The translations under genes were made by a program, and so were the position numbers. From positions 1 through 32,135 of the IMG/VR virus record IMGVR_UViG_3300011266_000048: a stretch of DNA of 32,135 bases; one strand, 5' to 3'. The DNA comes from a virus (taxonomy: Duplodnaviria > Caudoviricetes). Numbering within the stretch: position 1 is the stretch's first letter; every line of letters starts with the position of its first letter. Shown here in pieces: positions 25,202-32,135 of this stretch. Below the pieces are notes generated by a model, which made no database searches, was not told the origin of the DNA, and saw nothing but the letters and a program-made list of their open reading frames with translations.

Positions 25202-25284
25202 TGCGGGTGAGTGAAACGGATACAAAAATCATTCCTGTCTCATAAGCAGGCGATACTGGGTTCGACTCCCAAGACACGCAACCA
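25202..25284 (+). tRNA. tRNA-Met(CAT), enlarged D-loop
   Basis: CCTGT-CTCATAA-GCAGG, TTCGACT, ACCA; Met versus fMet/Ile2 not resolved. Confidence 0.8.
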
Positions 25285-25412
25285 AATTTTGACTCTACAC
25301 TTGTGACCGGTAAAACGGTGTAAAAGGAAGTCGGAGTGCAGAAAATATGAATTAATCCCTTTAACAGCTTAACGACTTATGGCGGGGGCAATCATATTTC
25401 GGAGTCAAATTA

Positions 25413-25510
25413 TAGATGCATACTGCAACAATAAAGAATGCCCCCACGGGGCAACCTAGTGATGGAACCACATAAAAAGTTTCCAGAGTAAACTGTAAAA
25501 TCAGCATCTA
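25413..25510 (+). ncRNA. scaffold family A RNA with hairpin cargo
   Basis: TAGATGC/GCATCTA stem, TACTGCAA variant motif, TGCCCC/GGGGCA hairpin. Confidence 0.6.
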
Positions 25511-25584
25511 GCTATTAACAAATCTCGGACGCTTCGTTATAGCGCACCAGTCGAGATGCTCGTGGGAAGGTGACTTCCCACATT

Positions 25585-25659
25585 GGGGCCATCTGTATAA
25601 CGGTAATACGGTAGCTTTGCAAGCTACAAATCGGAGTTCAACTCTCCGTGGCTCCACCA
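25585..25659 (+). tRNA. tRNA-Ala(TGC)
   Basis: G3-U70, GTAGC-TTTGCAA-GCTAC, ACCA. Confidence 0.93.
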
Positions 25660-25741
25660 ATTTAACTTGCAGTCGTTTCTGCATCGTGAATGTATGAGTT
25701 CGGAACGATGTGTATTCGCCTCATACCTGCAAAGTTATTTT

Positions 25742-25939
25742 GTTCGGTTGTTTCAAAGGAAACGCAACACATATAAAGTCAATTGAGTTGTAGCCAGTCG
25801 CAAGACACAAGCCAACACAAGCCTGAAACGAACTGTTAAGGTTGACCAATTGACCGTGACAGTAGTTACGTGAGCGTTTGTATCCGAAGAAATTGAACGG
25901 ATTATGAAACTATGGGTTGAATTCCCAAACAGAACACCA
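25742..25939 (+). ncRNA. tRNA-like (acceptor + T-arm + CCA) RNA with large structured body
   Basis: GTTC..GTT/AAC..GAAC-A-CCA, TGGG-TTGAATT-CCCA, nested GTTTCA/TGAAAC, AAACGC/GCGTTT, GTCAATTG/CAATTGAC. Confidence 0.7.
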
Positions 25940-25942
25940 ATT

Positions 25943-26121
25943 TATACAACCGAACCGTGACGAACACGGGTCGAAGCAACTAAGAGCAGGTCGCCAAGTC
26001 TTCGCAAGGAACCAATTGCTGTTGATCACCCGGAAGATACTCGTGACCGTTCCCGACTGCTGGTTGTGACTGGAAATTAGCTATTTCCTTTATTAGCAGA
26101 GAAAGTCGGGCGGTTTGTATA
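25943..26121 (+). ncRNA. unclassified structured RNA
   Basis: closing stem TATACAACCG/CGGTTTGTATA; CCCGACT/AGTCGGG and other hairpins. Confidence 0.6.
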
Positions 26122-26124
26122 TGT

Positions 26125-26200
26125 GGGGCCGTAGCTCATTTGGTAGAGCGTCTCAATGGCATTGAGAAGGTAAGGGGTTTAACTCCCCTCGGCTCCACCA
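26125..26200 (+). tRNA. tRNA-Ala(GGC)
   Basis: G3-U70, TCTCA-ATGGCAT-TGAGA, ACCA. Confidence 0.95.
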
Positions 26201-26282
26201 GTTTTATTATAACCAACGATTATTTGGATTAATAAGTTGATATTTATATTATGTCAACCAAACCCCAAACAAAGGAGAATAT

Positions 26283-26411
26283 ATGATCGTTGGTTTGATT
26301 ATTGGTGCAGTAGCAGGCTTCGTTGGTGGTGTCCTTTTTGGTCGCCGAAACAAGAAAAAAGTAGAAGCTGTTATTGCAGGTGCTAAGAAACTTAGCGGTG
26401 GAAAACTGTAA
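26283..26411 (+). CDS. small single-TM protein (42 aa)
   Basis: AAGGAG upstream; MIVGLIIGAVAGFVGGVLFG followed by basic tail. Confidence 0.7.
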   Translation: MIVGLIIGAVAGFVGGVLFGRRNKKKVEAVIAGAKKLSGGKL

Positions 26412-26475
26412 CAATTAACCCCGCAAAGGAGAGTATTCTTTGCTTGATGCCCCGGTAAAACGGGGCATCTCTGAT

Positions 26476-26549
26476 TGGAGTTTGGTGTAGCGGAAGCACG
26501 TTTGGTTCTGACCCAAAAAGTAAGGGTTCGACTCCTTTAACTCCAGCCA
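26476..26549 (+). tRNA. tRNA-Gln(CTG)
   Basis: TTTGG-TTCTGAC-CCAAA, TGGAGTT/AACTCCA, GCCA. Confidence 0.95.
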
Positions 26550-26561
26550 ATTTTAGTTCTT

Positions 26562-26723
26562 TGACGTAATTGTGAATGATTAATTCCCCGTAGTATTGGA
26601 TACATGGGGCGAATACGAGAAATAAGTAGGCATTTAAGTTGTGCTGAAGATCGTAACAGGAGGCTACAACCTAAAGAGTAGCTTTGCGAGGACAGCAAGA
26701 TGTGTCCGGCAACAATTACGTCA
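26562..26723 (+). ncRNA. unclassified structured RNA
   Basis: perfect 12-bp closing stem TGACGTAATTGT/ACAATTACGTCA with internal hairpins. Confidence 0.65.
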
Positions 26724-26726
26724 TAT

Positions 26727-26812
26727 GGAAGGTTAAGTGAGTGAGACTCACCATCGCTTGGAAAGCGATTGGCACTGAAAAGTGTGAGAGGCGGGATCTC
26801 AACCTTCCGCCA
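26727..26812 (+). tRNA. tRNA-Ser(GGA), non-canonical T-loop
   Basis: TCGC-TTGGAAA-GCGA, variable arm CACT/AGTG, T-loop GGCGGGA, GCCA. Confidence 0.88.
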
Positions 26813-26896
26813 ATTTGCCTAGAAATAGGAAACTGAAAATGATCAACTCAGCAGCGGTGTGGTTCCCGAGTCGTTATACAAATATCGGTTACGGAT

Positions 26897-26986
26897 GGAA
26901 GGTAAACCAGTCAGGGTGCTGGAACTGCCTCGAAAACAGATTGTCCCTTAATTGTGGATGGGTTTCGATTACTCTGCCTTCCGCCA
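26897..26986 (+). tRNA. tRNA-Ser(CGA)
   Basis: loop CTCGAAA, long variable arm, GGAAGGT/GCCTTCC, GCCA; weak anticodon stem. Confidence 0.8.
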
Positions 26987-27204
26987 ATTTCTTACCTCAA
27001 AATCATATTATGTAAATATTCCCAGACTTCGTAGTATTCCCTTGCCATAAAAAGTTATATGATAAATCAGTCTTCCTCTATGTTTACATTGAAAAACGTA
27101 TTCCTTCAACATTCGGCACATGCATTTGATATGCAGCCAAGTGTGGTATACATTAAACTCACGTTGCATGGACTATAAATATTCTATTCAAAATCAAAAA
27201 GGTC

Positions 27205-27233
27205 TTGACAACAACTATGTTACTTGCTAAGGT
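27205..27233 (+). promoter_or_regulatory. sigma70-like promoter (leaderless)
   Basis: TTGACA-N17-TAAGGT with TG extension, 6 nt before ATG 27240. Confidence 0.6.
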
Positions 27234-27239
27234 GTTCGT

Positions 27240-28401
27240 ATGAATTTGAGTGGAATTTGGACATTTATCGGAGTAATAGTATTCATTGTAATTATTGCTC
27301 CATTACTAACAATTTGTGCATTGAACACATTGTTTAATTCCAATATTCCAATATCAATTGCTTCATGGTCTGCATCATTTTGGCTACTCATTCTTATTGC
27401 TGGAAAATTTTCAATCACTTCAAAAAAGTAATATGCCTACATACGAAATTGGAACTTGGTTTCTTCTATTGAGTATAATCTTACCTAGATTTACACTTTT
27501 ATTTTGGTGGTTGTGTGGAAATTTACCATATAATACGACTCCATTTATTGGAGATTTAGTTGCCTCTATTTTTGTTCCTCGTATTTTAATTCTTGTTTGG
27601 ATTTATAATTTACAGGGATTTTCTACATGGTTTTGGATACATTTAGTAGCTTTAATTTTAGTGTGGGGATTGAATATTTTGCGTGTAACTTCAAAAAATA
27701 GCGATTAATTATGCCAAGTAAATTTGAAAAATGGTGGGAAAATACTGGATATGATGAAGCTAAAAAATTGGATATTTTGAATGATCCAGTTGAAATTGCT
27801 AGATTAGCATATAAGGCAGGATTGTATACCTCTCCATTTCCATTAACACCTATTGGAAAATCAACAGATTTTTATTTTAAATCTCATATGGTAAAATGTA
27901 ATTGTGGTTGTCAAACACTAGAAGTTGAACGCTATGATTATAAAGATGGAGACGAAGGTTTTAATATTGTAATTTGGAACCGTGGCCACGATGGAAATAA
28001 AATTCGTGGCTGGAAAGAAAAATTTCGATGGTGCTGGGACATCCTAACGACAGGCAAGCCATGGGCGGACAGCATTATCGCAACTAACAATGACGCCAAA
28101 GAGCTTGCCAATTTTATACTTCAAACTCTTCCAAAAGAAGACTCTCATGAAGAAACAAAAAAATAATAAAGATGCCGCACCTATTGCTTCACAGGTGGAA
28201 ACGGATAACAAAGAAGCAAAGTCTATTAAATTTGTAGTTGTTCGTGATGGCTACAGAGTATCCGAACGGGAATATGTAACTGAAGAAGATCCAGTTGCTA
28301 TTGCAGAAAAAGATTTTTGGACTCATATTGCTAAAACCCACTCTTACGGAGAACCGGTTGATATTGTGCAGTATGACTCTAAAAAACATCGGGTGTGGTA
28401 A
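27240..28401 (+). other. four hypothetical CDS (27240-27431 and 27433-27708 membrane proteins; 27711-28166; 28147-28401)
   Basis: ORF track; hydrophobic stretches in the first two. Confidence 0.65.
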
Positions 28402-28483
28402 AGGAGACCCGAACCATGATGAACAGGGGATGAAAAAGTTATCATGGTAAACGTATTCACAGCAACAAGTGAGTACTTAAATG

Positions 28484-28512
28484 AAGGCGAGACCATTGGT
28501 CTCGCCTTTTTT
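28484..28512 (+). terminator. intrinsic terminator
   Basis: AAGGCGAGACC-ATT-GGTCTCGCCTT followed by T-run. Confidence 0.8.
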
Positions 28513-28570
28513 ATTTTGTAGAAAATCTTTTTCTATTTCATTATGCAAATCACTTCTGATATTTATTAGT

Positions 28571-28954
28571 ATGGTCAGAAAAAAGAAAAAGACCACATCA
28601 AAGGAAAACGAATTATACATCTTACCTTCATCAAGTGATGAAATGCGTTCCTTTATCTCCAAATTTCATATCGACATGATGGAGCACATTATTTCTTCGA
28701 TAAAATTTGCTGTTGAAAATAAACTACCAATCGTAGAAGTGTTTCAATTTAAGAATTCACCTTTTGTAGTCACTATATCCGAAAAAGAATTTGACATCAA
28801 TCTGGAAAATATAAACCAATTTTACATGACACATGAAATGTATGAATTGTGTCCAAAGATTGAGCAGTTACGAAAACTCCTTAAAAGGAAGAACGATGAA
28901 AAAGAAAAACCAAAAACGGATCGGAGCAGATCTGACAACTCCGACGAAAAATGA
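28571..28954 (+). CDS. hypothetical protein
   Basis: start placed by ATATTTAT-N4-ATG downstream of the terminator. Confidence 0.7.
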   Translation: MVRKKKKTTSKENELYILPSSSDEMRSFISKFHIDMMEHIISSIKFAVENKLPIVEVFQFKNSPFVVTISEKEFDINLENINQFYMTHEMYELCPKIEQLRKLLKRKNDEKEKPKTDRSRSDNSDEK

Positions 28955-29663
28955 CAATAATCATACAGATCATAGTCCCGTTATTCCTCAACGTTCAAAA
29001 CTCAAATCAAATTTAAACATATATCAACGACAATTAACTGATACACAGAAGAAATTTTTAGAATTAGCATCCGATAAATCGGTTAAAATAATTTTTGTTT
29101 CTGGCCCTGCGGGAACAAGTAAAACTTTTTTAGCTGTATATCATGCACTTCAAATGATGAATGAAAAACGAGTTAGTGATTTAGTTTATATACGTAGTGC
29201 GGTAGAAAGTTCCGATCAAAAACTTGGATTTCTTCCCGGTGAAGCTGATCAAAAACTTGCACCCTATATTCAACCTTTATTGGATAAATTAACTGAACTA
29301 CTTCCTAAAAGTGATATAGATATATTGCTTAAAGAAGAACGAGTAACTGGTATTCCAGTAGGTTTTCTTAGAGGTTTAAATTGGAATGCTAAAGTTATTA
29401 TAGCCGACGAAGCACAAAATATGACATTTAAAGAACTTTTTACGTTAATTACACGCACGGGTGAATTCTCAAAAGTATTTATATTGGGTGATCCCGAGCA
29501 AAATGATATTAATGGAAAAAGTGGATTTATAAAAATGATTGGTGATTTTGATGATGAAGAAAGTCGTCAAAATGGTATTCATGTTTTCCGATTTACTGCG
29601 GATGATATAGTTCGTAGTGGTCTTGTGCAATTTATCATCAAAAAAGTAAAAAAAGCTCTGTGA
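28896..29663 (+). CDS. phoH: PhoH-family ATPase
   Basis: GPAGTSKTFLA, LGFLPG, FLRG, DEAQN, GDPEQ, DIVRS motifs. Confidence 0.93.
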   Translation: MKKKNQKRIGADLTTPTKNDNNHTDHSPVIPQRSKLKSNLNIYQRQLTDTQKKFLELASDKSVKIIFVSGPAGTSKTFLAVYHALQMMNEKRVSDLVYIRSAVESSDQKLGFLPGEADQKLAPYIQPLLDKLTELLPKSDIDILLKEERVTGIPVGFLRGLNWNAKVIIADEAQNMTFKELFTLITRTGEFSKVFILGDPEQNDINGKSGFIKMIGDFDDEESRQNGIHVFRFTADDIVRSGLVQFIIKKVKKAL

Positions 29664-29682
29664 TCGCTATGTATAGAGTATT

Positions 29683-31959
29683 ATGGCGAACAAGCGTGTA
29701 TCAGAACTGACCCAAATTACTTCGGCAGAGCTTAATTCTGCTGATTTGTTTCTTTTATCGGATGTTTCGGCACAAGAGTCAAAAAAACTAACTCTTGCCG
29801 ATTTAAATAATTATATCTTAACAGATGGTAATCTTACAGGGTCATTCTATGGAACTGCAAGTTGGGCACAAAAAAATGCATTGACAGCCTCTTTTGCAAC
29901 TGTTCAAACAGCTTCATATGCATTGACAGCCTCCTTTGCCTTAAATGGTGGAACAGGTGGTAATGCAACTTCTGCATCTTGGGCATCTCAATCGTTAAGT
30001 GCATCCTATGCAAGAACAGCATCATTCGTATCAGTAGCTAATGCTGCTACAGCATCATTTGCTACTTCATCGCAATTTGCATCTTCTGCATCGTTTGTTA
30101 TTTATACAGGAGGTAACAACGGAACAATTGCAAATGCTATTACTGCAACAACCGCAACTACTGCAACAACTGCATCTTATGCATTAACTGCTAGAAGTTC
30201 TTCGTTTGCAACCACAGCATCTTATTCAAATAGTTCTTCGTTTGCAATATCTTCAAATTTATCAAATACATCGTCTATTTCATTATATGCCCAAACAGCT
30301 TCATTAGGAATTATTACAAATGTTCAAACAAGTGCATCATGGGCTTCTCAATCATTGAGTTCTTCTTTTTCTGATGTCGCAGCCGAAGCAATTACAGCTA
30401 TTACTGCATCATATGTACTTCCTAATCTTTCATTACAACAATATGGAGTATTTTTAGCAATTACTCAATCCAATTATAAAAGTCAATTAGATGCAGTAGA
30501 TATTGATCCATTTTTTGATACTCCTGCTACTACATCCATCGAAGTTGCAGGAACAATTGTTGCTCCTTATACATCATCTATTGCTTTGAATGAAAGCGTA
30601 TCACTTTATGTTTTAGATAGAACTACAGGAATAGTATATACAATTGACTCTACCCCAATTTATGTAAATATCCAAGGTCAATTTTCCAATGTTTCAGCAT
30701 CTATACAAGCATCATTAGCAGGACAATTAAGCGGATCAATCACGGGTTCTACACAAGGTTCAATTGCTGGTAATGTAAATGGAACAATGTTAGGAACCAC
30801 ATCAGGATCAATTTCAGGTTCCACATTGGCTAGTGGTAGTTTAACTGGTTCATATAATGCGATATTCTCTGGTTCATTGACGAGTGGTTCGTTAACTGGA
30901 AGTTATACAGGGTCATTAACTAGTTCTATTAATGCAAATTACAATGGTTCTATAACAGGATCAATTTCGGGTTCAGTATCAACATTTTTGTCTGGTGCAA
31001 TGAAAATTCCATTTTTATTAATGGGACAATTATATCTAAGCACTGGCTCATACATGTTTTATATTAGTGCGTCCACAAGTAAAATTTTTATTGAACCAAC
31101 ACGTATTTCTCGTTTTAGTGTATCAAGTAATATTGGTCAATTTGGCGTACATAGTGGAGAACCTGTCCAATTAACTACTGACAATAGTTCGGATTTAATT
31201 GCGTTTAGTTCATCGGCTGGTGGTCCATTCAGTGGAACAGCAGCACAACTTGTAGCAACTGGTTCTACTGAAATTCTTATGATGGATATTTCATCCGTAA
31301 CAGGAATTAGATATATTTGGACATTAACCAATTTAACAAAGTTAATTTCAAATGGTAATACGTTAGTTTCTGATGTCGGAGGAATGCCAAATTCAATTAT
31401 TACAATGTCGTTACAAGGAGGCGGTTTAACTCAACTTCATTCATTATCTCAGAGTGTAGTATCTTATTTGAATTTTGCAAATAATTCAGTAACTACATTT
31501 CCAGCATTGCCAAATACAATGTCTTATATCAATTGTAATAATAATCCAATTATGGCATTGCCTACAACAATTCCATATGGGGTAACACAATTATATTCAA
31601 ATGGAACTTCTATAACAGAACCCCCATCTTCATTGCCAACATCAATAGTTTCAATGTCATTTTCATCGAATTCAAATCTTAACATGTGGTTAACAACTTT
31701 ACCATCTTCATTGTCATCATTTGATGTGTCAAATTGTCCGTTGTTAACTGCATTACCAACTGTGCCATCTAATGTTAGATATTTAAATGTTTCGTTTGAT
31801 GGATTAACCGATGTAGCTCAAGATAACATTTGTTCAAATCTGGTATCAAATGGATTGTTATCAGGTTCATTAAATCTTCTTGGTAATGCAGCATTGTTGC
31901 CAATTACATTAACAAGAATTGCTACTCTTCAAGGAAGAGCTTGGACTGTTACCTACTAA
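29683..31959 (+). CDS. putative virion fibre/structural protein with ASxA repeats and C-terminal LRR-like region
   Basis: KRVSELT N-terminus, TASYA/SASWA repeats, SGS repeats, LPxxLxxLxxxxN repeats. Confidence 0.7.
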   Translation: MANKRVSELTQITSAELNSADLFLLSDVSAQESKKLTLADLNNYILTDGNLTGSFYGTASWAQKNALTASFATVQTASYALTASFALNGGTGGNATSASWASQSLSASYARTASFVSVANAATASFATSSQFASSASFVIYTGGNNGTIANAITATTATTATTASYALTARSSSFATTASYSNSSSFAISSNLSNTSSISLYAQTASLGIITNVQTSASWASQSLSSSFSDVAAEAITAITASYVLPNLSLQQYGVFLAITQSNYKSQLDAVDIDPFFDTPATTSIEVAGTIVAPYTSSIALNESVSLYVLDRTTGIVYTIDSTPIYVNIQGQFSNVSASIQASLAGQLSGSITGSTQGSIAGNVNGTMLGTTSGSISGSTLASGSLTGSYNAIFSGSLTSGSLTGSYTGSLTSSINANYNGSITGSISGSVSTFLSGAMKIPFLLMGQLYLSTGSYMFYISASTSKIFIEPTRISRFSVSSNIGQFGVHSGEPVQLTTDNSSDLIAFSSSAGGPFSGTAAQLVATGSTEILMMDISSVTGIRYIWTLTNLTKLISNGNTLVSDVGGMPNSIITMSLQGGGLTQLHSLSQSVVSYLNFANNSVTTFPALPNTMSYINCNNNPIMALPTTIPYGVTQLYSNGTSITEPPSSLPTSIVSMSFSSNSNLNMWLTTLPSSLSSFDVSNCPLLTALPTVPSNVRYLNVSFDGLTDVAQDNICSNLVSNGLLSGSLNLLGNAALLPITLTRIATLQGRAWTVTY

Positions 31960-32135
31960 TGATTTTAGCTTATGTTTACTGGAAGTATAAAAATTAGTGA
32001 ATTAGATGCTTTAAGCTCTATAGTCGCAGCCGACTTTTTCCCATTGGTGTCAAGTGGTTCCTTAACCACCTACAGAGTAAATGTAACAACATTGAACAAT
32101 TGGTTTAGAATTAGTGGTTCATGTTTATCAGCATC

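Noticed and set aside
26446-26469. GATGCCCCG/CGGGGCATC hairpin as terminator
   Set aside because: Strong stem but no U-tract, and a tRNA follows 6 nt later.
1-32135. Minus-strand ORFs in the ORF track
   Set aside because: All are short shadows of + strand genes or RNAs with no motifs; the window is uniformly + oriented.

Overview
AT-rich segment of a large (jumbo-type) tailed phage genome, with essentially all genes on the + strand. About 26 kb is a tRNA/ncRNA island. It holds 31 conventional CCA-ending tRNAs, an RNase P-type RNA, and many small hypothetical ORFs. Mobile elements are four HNH genes (one splits a tRNA-Leu), a LAGLIDADG gene and a tnpB-only IS200/IS605 element. Recognisable enzymes are SpoU, Dam, TyrA-like, CysC-like, CoaD and PhoH, and a structural module starts at the right end. 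The most unusual signal is a set of non-standard tRNA-derived RNAs: (i) circularly permuted tRNA modules (3' half with CCA, short linker, then 5' half); (ii) two repeated scaffold families (ACAGCAA type and GAGATAGA...GTGAAATCCTC type) that enclose different tRNA-like cargoes, reminiscent of Y RNAs; (iii) CCA-ending tRNA-like RNAs with the anticodon arm capped, deleted or replaced by large structured inserts. Compensatory D-loop/T-loop changes suggest the permuted modules really fold. All structures were read by eye; no folding program or database search was run, so novelty is unverified.
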